Source: an uncultured Candidatus Saccharibacteria bacterium (lineage in GTDB: Bacteria > Patescibacteriota > Minisyncoccia > Phycocordibacterales > UBA2100). Taken from it: 64,000 nt of DNA. Positions within the stretch are counted from its first letter, which is position 1; each line of letters starts with the position of its first letter. The translations under genes and the position numbers were made by a program. This document shows, in pieces, positions 10,066 to 18,847 of the stretch. The stretch spans positions 129,037 to 193,036 of the forward strand of contig CAYYEX010000001.1 of assembly GCA_964471165.1 (NCBI GenBank), read 5' to 3'. Below the pieces are notes generated by a model. That model made no database searches, was not told the DNA's origin, and worked only from the letters and a program-made list of their open reading frames with translations.

Positions 10066-10431
10066 TTAGGGCGTTACGGAACCTATTTTGAAGGTTGCGA
10101 GAATGTCTGCCTGTTGTTTTGCGTCATCGTGTTGACCATGGAAGGCTGCTGTTCCATCTTTTCCGCACAGACCTGCGATTGCACGCTCCCCTCCCGGGTG
10201 CAGAGGAATCCAGGCTGTTAGGTCGTATACCCCGCCGTCGATTATCGTCCAACAACCGGCGACAGTTGAGTGCTCGGCGACCATTGCCGCAGTAATGGGG
10301 CCTGCAACGGAGGTAACGGCCGGAGCGTCTTGTACGGCTACCTGCGGTACTTTCGAGCTATCAATCCAGAAAAAAACTCCGAGGGCAACAATCACGATGA
10401 CCGAAACAATGCCGACTAGTTTTTTACTCAT
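10066..10431 (-). CDS. cytochrome b5-like haem-binding domain protein, membrane anchored
   Basis: 121 aa; N-terminal TM; VYDLTAWIPLHPGG plus FHGQH second His, classic cyt b5 fold motif. Confidence 0.65.
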   Translation of the reverse strand: MSKKLVGIVSVIVIVALGVFFWIDSSKVPQVAVQDAPAVTSVAGPITAAMVAEHSTVAGCWTIIDGGVYDLTAWIPLHPGGERAIAGLCGKDGTAAFHGQHDDAKQQADILATFKIGSVTP

Positions 10432-11057
10432 GCGGCAGCAATCCTCGCCAAATAGTCTTTTCCATGCCCCACGTCAGTATTTATCGGAATGTTGCGCTTA
10501 CACAAATCACAATCTGCCTCCGACCACTGGTCGAGTTCTACCGTGAGCATCGACATAAATTCCGGAGGATTCCCTGCCATTTCCCGTGTCACTGCACCGC
10601 GGTTACACACGGCAACTGCAGCAGCCACAGTGGCGCCTTCTGCGCGAGCAACTTCGATTACCTTGCGCAGTGAACCACCGGTGGTTACGAGGTCTTCGAC
10701 AACAAGAATGTTTTTTCCTTTGATGAGTTCGTTGTACCCGCGTTTGATTACAAACCCATCACCATCTTTGTCTGAATATACGCTGTACACTTCCCTGCCT
10801 TCAAGCTCCGACAAGTGATATGCAACCCACTGGGACAAAATAATCCCGCCTGTTGCGGGACCGACAACGACTTCAATATTTTTGCCAACGAAACGCTGTG
10901 CAATTTCTCGACAAAGTTTCGACATCTCGCGCGTATACGGATACATCGCGTTCTTGTTCACATATGTATCCAAGTGCAGCCCCGAAACGCCGACAAAGTG
11001 ACCCGAGCGGAATGCGCCGACTTTTTGTAAAATATCGAGTACGTCTGATTCATTCAT
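10428..11057 (-). CDS. pyrE: orotate phosphoribosyltransferase
   Basis: start at internal ATG (MNESDVLDIL) of ORF 10428..11342; PRPP-binding VVEDLVTTGGS motif. Confidence 0.85.
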   Translation of the reverse strand: MNESDVLDILQKVGAFRSGHFVGVSGLHLDTYVNKNAMYPYTREMSKLCREIAQRFVGKNIEVVVGPATGGIILSQWVAYHLSELEGREVYSVYSDKDGDGFVIKRGYNELIKGKNILVVEDLVTTGGSLRKVIEVARAEGATVAAAVAVCNRGAVTREMAGNPPEFMSMLTVELDQWSEADCDLCKRNIPINTDVGHGKDYLARIAAA

Positions 11058-11163
11058 GTTAGTTTTTCTTAGCAAATACTTTTGTTTAGAAAATCTTACA
11101 CCCGCTCCAAGTTTCTGCATAACAGAAACCTGAGTAGGGTCAGGTCCTCGTAATTCGCGCGGC

Positions 11164-11991
11164 TCATAACGATGCCCTGATTGCACTATCAAGTTCTTGC
11201 GCGGCCGCTCGCGCAGCAGCTTCAAAGTCGGTACCGTTTGAAGCGTACATAATTGCACGTGATGATGCGATGATGATGCCCGCCCCCCGTGCATCCTTGC
11301 CATTCTGTACGGTTTTTTCAATATCGCCACCTTGCGCACCAATACCCGGAATCAGTATGGGCATATCGCGCGCGATAGAACGCACTGCAGCAAGTTCGTC
11401 GGGGTACGTTGCACCGACAACGAGCGCGCAGTTTCCATTCCCGTTCCAGGATTCAGAAACCATTCGTGCAACTGCTTGGTAGAGTGGCGTGCCCCCCACC
11501 TCCATGTCTTGCACCTCGCGTGCTCCAGGATTCGACGTGCGGCACAGCACAATCACTCCTTTATCCGAGCGGTCCAAGAACGGCTTGAGGGCTTCGGAAC
11601 CGAGATACGGATGCACCGTAATCGCATCTGCCTGCAAATAGCCAAAAATCGCATCGACGTATCCGTTGTTTGTGTTACCGATATCGCCTCGTTTTGCATC
11701 GGCAATAACTGGCGCATCCGGTGCTTGCTCGTGGATATATTGAATTGTCTCGCGCAGCACTTCCCATCCGATATCGCCATGGGCTTCGTAAAACGCGGTA
11801 TTGGGCTTGTAGGAACCGGCAATGTCTTTTGTTGCATCAATGATGCCGCGATTAAATGCGAGCAACGCATTGTGCGCGCCATCTTGTTTCAAATACTCTG
11901 GGACCTTTTCATAATCGGGGTCGAGTCCCACGCAGAGAAACTTCTGCTGAGACCAGTTTTTCTCAAGAAGCTCGCGGAAGTCTCGTGCCAT
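11164..11991 (-). CDS. pyrF: orotidine-5'-phosphate decarboxylase (type 2)
   Basis: internal ATG at 11991 (MARDFRELL); LCVGLDPD, IADAKRGDIGNT and C-terminal GIGAQGG motifs; long-form PyrF. Confidence 0.85.
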   Translation of the reverse strand: MARDFRELLEKNWSQQKFLCVGLDPDYEKVPEYLKQDGAHNALLAFNRGIIDATKDIAGSYKPNTAFYEAHGDIGWEVLRETIQYIHEQAPDAPVIADAKRGDIGNTNNGYVDAIFGYLQADAITVHPYLGSEALKPFLDRSDKGVIVLCRTSNPGAREVQDMEVGGTPLYQAVARMVSESWNGNGNCALVVGATYPDELAAVRSIARDMPILIPGIGAQGGDIEKTVQNGKDARGAGIIIASSRAIMYASNGTDFEAAARAAAQELDSAIRASL

Positions 11992-12019
11992 TGCCCGATA
12001 TGCTACCACAGGTTCCGGC

Positions 12020-12484
12020 TCAAAAATCCGCCGGTTGAAACTCGGAGGTTTCGACAACAGAACCGTTTTCGTTGAAGTGAACAGTGCCACGTTGCGGATA
12101 GCCCGCGAGCGCATCAAGGAGCCAGAGAGAGTCCGACACCCACATTTTATCGAGCGGGAGCGCATCGAGCGAAAACCATTCAGGAAACATTTCATCACTT
12201 TCAATAGGTTCGTTTTCCCATTCGAGCGCAATGTAGGCGTGACACTGGAACATTGGCTTGTCCTTGAAATAAAACTGCACATCTGCAATTTTTTTGAGTT
12301 CACTGGGATTGGTAGCAATACCTGACTCTTCAAACAACTCGCGTGCCGCCGCCTCTTCATTACTCTCACCAGCATCCACTTTTCCACCATAACCATTCCA
12401 CTTTCCGGCACCAAAGCGAATCTTTTTCATACCCAAAAGCACCTTTCCATCGCGGATGCAGTAACAAAGTGTGGCCTGTTGCAT
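12020..12484 (-). CDS. NUDIX hydrolase
   Basis: internal ATG (MQQATLCYC); Nudix box GKWNGYGGKVDAGESNEEAAARELFEESG. Confidence 0.75.
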   Translation of the reverse strand: MQQATLCYCIRDGKVLLGMKKIRFGAGKWNGYGGKVDAGESNEEAAARELFEESGIATNPSELKKIADVQFYFKDKPMFQCHAYIALEWENEPIESDEMFPEWFSLDALPLDKMWVSDSLWLLDALAGYPQRGTVHFNENGSVVETSEFQPADF

Positions 12485-12507
12485 CGGGACAGTATGTACC
12501 ACCCTGT

Positions 12508-12542
12508 CCAAAAACAAAAAAGCGCGGCCCCGGGGGCCGCGC
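12508..12542 (-). terminator. intrinsic terminator of cfa
   Basis: perfect palindrome GCGCGGCCCCCGGGGGCCGCGC followed on the minus strand by a T-run. Confidence 0.7.
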
Positions 12543-12564
12543 AATCGTGGCGTGCTGCTGACTG

Positions 12565-13668
12565 TCAGAGGCGCACGGGTGTGTACTGTCGCCGCTCCGG
12601 AGAGAGTACGAACTGGGCAACCGTAATCCGCTCCGCGAGAAAGCTGCCGACAAACGCCATGAAGTAGTATTCGTACTTCCTGTAGTGCTCGAGACCGTAC
12701 TTGGCGATAACGGCATCCTTGCGGGCAACGAGATTCCCGTGCCACGCACGGAGCGTCTTCACGTAATCACCGCCGAAGAACTCTTCGTCAAGAAAGTGGA
12801 AGAGTCCGTCTGTTGCACGACGAAGCGCATCCATTCGTACGAGGTTGCCGCCCGGGAAGATGTGCTTGTCCACCCACGCGTCGTTGGTCGACCCCTTGTT
12901 GCTGATGATGCACTGCAGCGCAAAGAGTCCGTGTTTGGGCAGTGCTCGACGCGCCCTTTCGAAATACGTTCCGAAGTGCCTCGGACCAACGTGTTCGATC
13001 ATGCAGATCGACGTGATCTTGTCGACAATGCCGACGAAATCGCGATAGTCCTGGTGACGGAAATCGATACGAAGATTACCGTACCGGCCCTTGGCGTAGT
13101 CAAGTTGCGGTTGCGACAGGCTGATGCCGGTCACATCCACGCCGTAGTTGGCGGCGGCGTGTGCGGCGAATCCTCCCCACCCGCAACCGATATCGAGCAA
13201 TCGCTCTCCCGGCTCAAGCTCTGCCTTGCGACACATGATTTCCATCTTCGCAGTCTGTGCCTCGTCGAGCGATTCCGTGCCAACAAATCGTCCGCACGTA
13301 TAGCTGTTCGTGGCGCCGAGCACGCCGACGAAGAAATCCGGGTCGAGGTCGTAGTGGTCGCTCACGTTTTGCTGCGCGCGCGGCTTTGTCTGTCGGTCAA
13401 ACAGCACCGAGCGAATCTTCAGCCACATGTGGTCGAGCTGGGGAACGAAGTCGCCGATTCCCGAGCGCAGGATGCGCTCGATCATGAGGTCAATGCGGCC
13501 TACCGTGTACCACTGCTCCATGTACATGTCGCCGAGTCCGATTGATCCCTGCAGGAGCAGGCGCCGGTAGAAGCCATCGTTCTGGACCTGCGGGTCGTAC
13601 TCGTTGGGGCCATTTATGGTCAGGCCGGCACGAGCTAAAAGGTAGGTGACAATTCGCCTTGCAGACAT
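12565..13668 (-). CDS. cfa: cyclopropane-fatty-acyl-phospholipid synthase family SAM methyltransferase
   Basis: 367 aa; LLDIGCGWGG SAM motif and conserved CFA-synthase N- and C-terminal regions. Confidence 0.85.
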   Translation of the reverse strand: MSARRIVTYLLARAGLTINGPNEYDPQVQNDGFYRRLLLQGSIGLGDMYMEQWYTVGRIDLMIERILRSGIGDFVPQLDHMWLKIRSVLFDRQTKPRAQQNVSDHYDLDPDFFVGVLGATNSYTCGRFVGTESLDEAQTAKMEIMCRKAELEPGERLLDIGCGWGGFAAHAAANYGVDVTGISLSQPQLDYAKGRYGNLRIDFRHQDYRDFVGIVDKITSICMIEHVGPRHFGTYFERARRALPKHGLFALQCIISNKGSTNDAWVDKHIFPGGNLVRMDALRRATDGLFHFLDEEFFGGDYVKTLRAWHGNLVARKDAVIAKYGLEHYRKYEYYFMAFVGSFLAERITVAQFVLSPERRQYTPVRL

Positions 13669-13766
13669 TGCAGCTCACTCCCTTCCAGTGTCCAAATCTC
13701 TCTTACCTGCGGCGAGCCTACCATCAGGCTCACTTGAATTCAATCGATACCGGAGAGGGTGCTCAC

Positions 13767-14861
13767 TTACGTGGAATCACGCTCCTGCATTTGGAATGTG
13801 AAAGTAGCGAGGATGTAGAGGATGACTGACCAAATAATCATGCCAATGAAATCTCCCCCGATACCCGAAAGCCCAGTTCCCTTTGTCATGATTTCGCGCA
13901 CAGAATCCGAGAAGTACGTCAGTGGGAGCAGATTAGCTATTGTCTGCAGCCATCCTGGCATGTCTTCCACTGCGAAGAACGTGCCGCCAAGAAACATCAT
14001 CGGGAACACTATTATGTTTGCAAACACCGGCACAGAATCAGTCGTTTTTGCCAAACCTGAAATCGTGAAGCCAAGTCCCAAGAACATGAAAGCCCCCAGA
14101 ATAATCGCCAGCGCAAGCAACAAGAATGAGCCAACGACCTGCACCTTGAAAAGCAGAAGTCCAATCACAATAAATATCGCAGCTTGCACCACCGAAACTA
14201 TCAATCGCACGATTGCATTGGATAACACGAAATGTATCGGACGCATCGGGGTGGCGAGCAGTCGTTTGAGTACCCCTTTTTCTTTGTATTGTGTGAACAC
14301 GAATGCCACCGAAAATACCGCCATCTGCATGATTGAGAGCGCTATCAACCCTGGCAACAAGAATTCGATGTAGCGCAGGTTGTGCGCATTCACCTCCTGT
14401 ACCGCCACAGATGCCACAGGCTTTACACCGGTAACCGCGAATGTCGTCTTGTATATTGATTCATTGATAATGCTCACAACCGCTGCTGCCTCGCCGGCCT
14501 TGCTCGCATTTGTGTGAACGGTGACCGCGCCAGCAGAGGGTCTTCCACTCGCAATAAGGTCGTCAGGAATCTCAACAACAGCAGCTAGGTTTCCCTTCTC
14601 GAGCTCTGCGAGTTCATCGGCGAGGACCCCTTCGTGAACGGTGAATGTGGGAAACTCGCGCATGAGTGCGACGTACGCGGCAGTTTCTGTGTTCGGCGTT
14701 CCGGACACGAGGCCGATATCGATTTTCTGAGGTTTATCGAAGCCGATATACCCGAATATCAGCATGATAAAGAGCGGCATGAAGAGCGTAAAAAATAGTG
14801 CCTGACGGTTGCGCACAAACATTTTTGCTTCAACCTGAATGAGTTTGAGTATTGTGTACAT
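13767..14861 (-). CDS. ABC-2 type transporter permease
   Basis: 364 aa, N-terminal TM plus large extracytoplasmic loop then five C-terminal TM helices; immediately downstream of the ABC ATPase. Confidence 0.75.
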   Translation of the reverse strand: MYTILKLIQVEAKMFVRNRQALFFTLFMPLFIMLIFGYIGFDKPQKIDIGLVSGTPNTETAAYVALMREFPTFTVHEGVLADELAELEKGNLAAVVEIPDDLIASGRPSAGAVTVHTNASKAGEAAAVVSIINESIYKTTFAVTGVKPVASVAVQEVNAHNLRYIEFLLPGLIALSIMQMAVFSVAFVFTQYKEKGVLKRLLATPMRPIHFVLSNAIVRLIVSVVQAAIFIVIGLLLFKVQVVGSFLLLALAIILGAFMFLGLGFTISGLAKTTDSVPVFANIIVFPMMFLGGTFFAVEDMPGWLQTIANLLPLTYFSDSVREIMTKGTGLSGIGGDFIGMIIWSVILYILATFTFQMQERDST

Positions 14862-14883
14862 ACTTTAGTTTGTGATTTGTGTC

Positions 14884-15651
14884 CTACTCACGCAGCGCGT
14901 GGCCGGTAAAGTGCAGAAACACGTCTTCCAGATTTGCCGGCTGTGGAATAGCTTCCTTTGAGAAACCGGTTTTGAGCAGTGTGCTGATGAGGTTTTCCGG
15001 TGTGTCGAGCGTAATGATTTTGCCGTGGTCCATAATCGCAATTCGGTCACAAAGCACCTCGGCTTCGTCCATGTAGTGCGTGGTAAGGATAATTGTTTTG
15101 CCCCGCGCCTTTATTTTCTTTACGAGTTCCCACAAATGGCGACGTGCCTGCGGATCGAGCCCGGTTGTCGGCTCATCGAGAAAAAGTACTTTCGGGTCGT
15201 TTACCAACGCAATCGCAACAGAGAGTCGTTGTCGCTGCCCACCAGAGAGTTCCTTTGCTTGATTTTTTGCTTTGTCGGCTAGCTCAACATCTTCGAGTAA
15301 CTTCACTGCATCCACCTTGTTGCCGTAAAGAGCACCAAAAGTTTCAACGAGTTCAATTAAATTGAGGTTCTCAAAAAAGTTTGATGACTGGAGCTGAACG
15401 CCGATTTCTGCTTTCACGGCATCTGTTTCCTTTGACACGTCTTTTCCATCGAGGTGTATAGAACCCGAAGTCATGACTTTTAAACCCTCCATCATTTCGA
15501 GTGTAGTGGTTTTGCCAGCGCCATTGGGACCGAGGATACCCAGCGTTTCTCCGCGTGAGACCGAAAAAGAAATTGCGTCGACGGCAGTAAAATCGCCGTA
15601 CTTTTTTGTGAGGTTTTTGACCTCGATGATTGAATCGTTTGTTGATGTCAT
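14884..15651 (-). CDS. ABC transporter ATP-binding protein
   Basis: Walker A GPNGAGKTT, signature LSGGQRQR, Walker B ILFLDEPTTGLD. Confidence 0.9.
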   Translation of the reverse strand: MTSTNDSIIEVKNLTKKYGDFTAVDAISFSVSRGETLGILGPNGAGKTTTLEMMEGLKVMTSGSIHLDGKDVSKETDAVKAEIGVQLQSSNFFENLNLIELVETFGALYGNKVDAVKLLEDVELADKAKNQAKELSGGQRQRLSVAIALVNDPKVLFLDEPTTGLDPQARRHLWELVKKIKARGKTIILTTHYMDEAEVLCDRIAIMDHGKIITLDTPENLISTLLKTGFSKEAIPQPANLEDVFLHFTGHALRE

Positions 15652-15769
15652 AGCGTGAGAAAGTATAACCCTCTGAGCCCGTTCCTAAAACGGGACCAAA
15701 TGTCCCACAATGTGGCCTCCAACATGACCTACATGACCTAATAGAGTCGCGCGAGCGCTGCGAACAGTA

Positions 15770-16138
15770 CTAAAAGCCAAGTGCGATTGAGATGAAGACA
15801 AATGCAACACTGGCACCCACGGGCGAGAGCGACTGAACCCCCGGAAATTGCAGCGAGGCCTGTCGTACTCTTATGTAGAGCGGCACAAGTACGACGGCAA
15901 CCACAATGAGGTACAGGGCGATATTGCCACAAACCGAAATGACAGAAACGGTGGGTGAAAAAATGGCAAGTAGCGTGCCGGTGACGACTTCAAATGCGGC
16001 GAGCGAGCCGAGGGCGATTGCAGTCAAGCGATACGCGGAACTTTTACCCGCCACCATTGCAGCGCCCCCAAGCACGAGCGCGCATCCAGTTACAACTGCG
16101 CCAACAATGTGCACAACAAGGAGTGCTGTGTATTCCAT
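15770..16138 (-). CDS. hypothetical membrane protein (3-4 TM)
   Basis: 122 aa, hydrophobic throughout. Confidence 0.4.
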   Translation of the reverse strand: MEYTALLVVHIVGAVVTGCALVLGGAAMVAGKSSAYRLTAIALGSLAAFEVVTGTLLAIFSPTVSVISVCGNIALYLIVVAVVLVPLYIRVRQASLQFPGVQSLSPVGASVAFVFISIALGF

Positions 16139-16145
16139 ATGTAAA

Positions 16146-16214
16146 GTATACCCCGTGAGATAAAGAATGCCTGATGTCGCAGTGAATCGAGAGGACTTAT
16201 CTCATGGGGTATAC
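16146..16214. repeat. 18-bp inverted repeat (GTATACCCCGTGAGATAA ... TTATCTCATGGGGTATAC) enclosing a 33-nt loop
   Basis: seen directly; lies between the response-regulator stop and the membrane-protein start. Confidence 0.6.
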
Positions 16215-16251
16215 CGCAACCCATCTTAGAATTTACTGTGTCAACGCGGTA

Positions 16252-16647
16252 TCAGGAATCGCGCTCTGTAATCATCTTTGTAACTCCCGTGACAATTTCT
16301 TTTGGGAGGAGCTCCGATTTGAGCCAGTGTGCATCTGCTCCAAGCTCCATGATGCGCCCGATTTCAGCGTCTTGACCTTCGTTGGTAAGCGCCACTTTTA
16401 TTCCCCGCTTGTTCAGCTTTTCCACTTGCACAGTGTCAAGAAACTCGTATCCGCTGATGCTCTCGGGCATCGTTACGTCAAACAGAATTACATCCGGGTC
16501 ATATCCACTGCGAAGCGCAGCAAGCGCATCGTACCCAGAGGAAAACTCGGCGACCTGGTAGCCACTTTGTTCCAGTTTTTCTTTATAGACGTCGATGAGG
16601 AGCTTCTCATCGTCGAGTAGGAGTACTTGTTTTTGATGTTCTCCCAT
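16252..16647 (-). CDS. single-domain response regulator (REC/CheY-like)
   Basis: 131 aa; LLLDDE acidic pocket, phospho-acceptor FDVTMP, conserved K in IKVALT. Confidence 0.7.
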   Translation of the reverse strand: MGEHQKQVLLLDDEKLLIDVYKEKLEQSGYQVAEFSSGYDALAALRSGYDPDVILFDVTMPESISGYEFLDTVQVEKLNKRGIKVALTNEGQDAEIGRIMELGADAHWLKSELLPKEIVTGVTKMITERDS

Positions 16648-16720
16648 ATGCAGGCCTGTTCACACAGCATATCAAGCGCACTGAAATAGTCAGGGGGGTC
16701 TGGTGCCTCGTACGTGAAAA

Positions 16721-16762
16721 GACATAAAAAGAACGGCGGGGTCGTGTGACCCCGACCGTTTT
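16721..16762 (-). terminator. intrinsic terminator of ORF 16769..17290
   Basis: hairpin AACGGCGGGGTC...GACCCCGACCGTT with T-run on the minus strand. Confidence 0.55.
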
Positions 16763-16768
16763 GTTGAC

Positions 16769-17290
16769 TCACCGGTTACGATACGTGCGCAGAACGCCGA
16801 TAACCATAATGATCTCTGCTTTGAGTACTTCGCGAAAGGCGGCGACGCTCTTTTGATGTGCGCTCTGCCAGAGCGGATCTATGCTTCGCCGGTCAATCGC
16901 CGCGTGTCCGAACTTGTCTGCAGCCTGTATATCGACGAGTTCGCCGGGACCTTCCGAGAGTGTCCGCACGAGTTCATTGCGAAGTCTACGGATATCGAGT
17001 TCGCCGACCCGAATCAATCTATCGAGCATCGTCTGCGGCATGTACCGGACGATTGAATCGATTGGAATCGGGCCTTCAACGAAACGCGGTTGTCGCGTGA
17101 CGATATCGAAGCTGCGGTGGTGTTCCATCGGGATGGATGCACGAAGCCCGTCATCGGAAACACGCACCTTGGGTGACGTGATGATGCCCGTTGCCGGCAT
17201 TCGCGGACCGCGGATGTCGTACACCACGACTATCGGTTCGCCAATATGCAATACCAGCTTGCTCTCCAGTGCACTGAGATCTCTACTCAT
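16769..17290 (-). CDS. hypothetical protein
   Basis: 173-aa ORF with downstream terminator; no recognisable motif. Confidence 0.4.
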   Translation of the reverse strand: MSRDLSALESKLVLHIGEPIVVVYDIRGPRMPATGIITSPKVRVSDDGLRASIPMEHHRSFDIVTRQPRFVEGPIPIDSIVRYMPQTMLDRLIRVGELDIRRLRNELVRTLSEGPGELVDIQAADKFGHAAIDRRSIDPLWQSAHQKSVAAFREVLKAEIIMVIGVLRTYRNR

Positions 17291-17525
17291 GAGTATGTCT
17301 CCTATGGTTGTGTCAACGAACGAAGCCCCCGCGAGGAGGGCTTCCGAGTACCTAGTTTTGTTTTAGAAATTAGACACGCGCAAACCCTCCGCATCGGAGG
17401 CTCAGATTTGCGTCGTTATTTCGCACGTGTCTCATATTTTGAATGTATCAAGGCGTCCGGGTGTGTCAAATCCTCCCCCTCCCAACGCAAAAGACGCCCC
17501 AAAAAGGCGTCATTTACATTGGATG

Positions 17526-17612
17526 CGGAGAGAGAGGGATTTGAACCCTCGAGACCCTTACGAGCCTGCCGGTTTTCGAAACCGGTGCCTTCGACCACTC
17601 AGCCATCTCTCC
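17526..17612 (-). tRNA. tRNA-Ser (anticodon CGA), long variable arm, no encoded CCA
   Basis: reverse complement GGAGAGATGGCTGAGTGG...CCGGTTTCGAAAACCGG...GGGTTCAAATCCCTCTCTCTCCG folds as type II tRNA; anticodon loop TTCGAAA. Confidence 0.85.
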
Positions 17613-17759
17613 TTGGAGGAGAGCTGGCTGAGTGTTCGACACGTCGTCCGCCTTGCATCGGTTCGCCCTTGCCGGGCTCACAACGATGCATACGCTACGC
17701 GTACCGGATAAAAGAGCTTTCGCTCTTTTATCCACTCAGCCATCTCTCCAGGGGGCGGG
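17596..17759 (-). repeat. inverted and direct duplication of the tRNA-Ser 5' half forming a long imperfect hairpin with inner GNRA stem-loop
   Basis: GGAGAGATGGCTGAGTGG occurs at the tRNA 5' end and again ending at 17759; its complement GGAGAGCTGGCTGAGTG abuts the tRNA; inner 12-bp stem GGATAAAAGAGC-GAAA-GCTCTTTTATCC. Confidence 0.6.
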
Positions 17760-17939
17760 AAAGTCCCACCCCAATGCCGATACCAATACGGTATCTGGCT
17801 CAGATTTTTCCCAAAGGGAAAAATCCAATGATCTGGCCGTCGCTCAAATTACCACACTTTCGATTTGCTTGAAAATACGCTAAGATGCTCGCAATTCGCC
17901 GCTTTGAGGGATTGTCCCGCGAAGCTCCGGCGAAGCCAG

Positions 17940-18011
17940 GGCCCCATCGTCTAACGGTTAGGACGCCGGCTTTTCAAGCCGTTAATCGGAGTTCGATTCT
18001 CCGTGGGGTCA
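17940..18011 (+). tRNA. tRNA-Glu (anticodon TTC), no encoded CCA
   Basis: GGCCCCATCGTCTAACGGTTAGGACGCCGGCTTTTCAAGCCGTTAATCGGAGTTCGATTCTCCGTGGGGTCA; cloverleaf with TTTTCAA anticodon loop. Confidence 0.85.
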
Positions 18012-18022
18012 AAAACAGCGGT

Positions 18023-18056
18023 AAAGGACTGGACTGCTCCAGTCCTTTTCGCGTTT
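18023..18056 (+). terminator. intrinsic terminator after tRNA-Glu
   Basis: AAAGGACTGG-ACTGCT-CCAGTCCTTT hairpin plus T-run. Confidence 0.75.
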
Positions 18057-18190
18057 TTGAAGACGCAGGCATGTTTCGCCAGTAGGCGAAACGGCCGAGT
18101 CCGGGGCTGGAAAATTTCTGAGCGGCGGCGAGGAAATTATTGTGGCTCACACAGGTGCCAGACACGTGCCGGCACTGATATACTCGGTTC

Positions 18191-18769
18191 ATGAGTAAAA
18201 TCCTCTTGGGGGTCGTAGGTGTTGCGATTGTGCTCGTGGGCGGCTTTTTTATACTTAATTCGTACATTTACACTGAAAAGCAGGCGACAGCAGCTACTAG
18301 TTACAAAGACGCTGAATTCTTCATCGATGGAGAGCGCGTACAGCTTGTAAACGGTGTTGCCGAGATGGAGACTGCACCAGGTTCGGCCACAAAAATCGTC
18401 ACCCGCTATTTCGGTAACGAGCTCAAGACAGACCTCGACGGCGACGGCGACGAAGACCTCGCTTTTATTCTTACCCAAGAGCGAGGAGGGTCTGGAACTT
18501 TCTTCTATGCGGTAGCAGCCGTCAACACGGATCGTGGATATGTGGGGACAGAAGCATACCCGCTCGGCGACAGAATAGCGCCCCAGAACACAACCGTAAG
18601 CCCGAACAGACAACATAAACTGGTTGTTGTTTTCAACTTTGCAGAGCGTGCCGCGGGTGAACCCATGACAGCACGACCATCCGTAGGCAAGAGCGTTTAC
18701 CTGAAACTCGACCCTACAAGTATGATGTGGGCCATTGTTGAGCCCAATTTCGAGGGTGAAAGCCGTTAG
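18191..18769 (+). CDS. hypothetical membrane-anchored secreted protein
   Basis: 192 aa; N-terminal TM/signal anchor; no known motif. Confidence 0.5.
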   Translation: MSKILLGVVGVAIVLVGGFFILNSYIYTEKQATAATSYKDAEFFIDGERVQLVNGVAEMETAPGSATKIVTRYFGNELKTDLDGDGDEDLAFILTQERGGSGTFFYAVAAVNTDRGYVGTEAYPLGDRIAPQNTTVSPNRQHKLVVVFNFAERAAGEPMTARPSVGKSVYLKLDPTSMMWAIVEPNFEGESR

Positions 18770-18847
18770 GTTTATAAAAAGAACGCCCGTGCAGTCGCAG
18801 TGACCGCAGGGGCGTTCTTAAGGTGCATCCCGTAACGCTTGAAAGCG

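Noticed and set aside
11992-12414. N-terminal 141-aa extension of the pyrF ORF
   Set aside because: No similarity to PyrF and basic nonsense composition. The conserved PyrF N-terminus begins at the internal ATG 11991.
17742-17759. Second tRNA-Ser gene
   Set aside because: Only the 18-nt 5' segment is duplicated. The downstream sequence forms a GNRA hairpin instead of D and anticodon arms and cannot fold as a tRNA.
17246-17872. 208-aa plus-strand ORF and other ORFs across 17.2-18.3 kb
   Set aside because: Run through two tRNA genes and multiple hairpins. The region is an RNA/terminator-rich intergenic locus.
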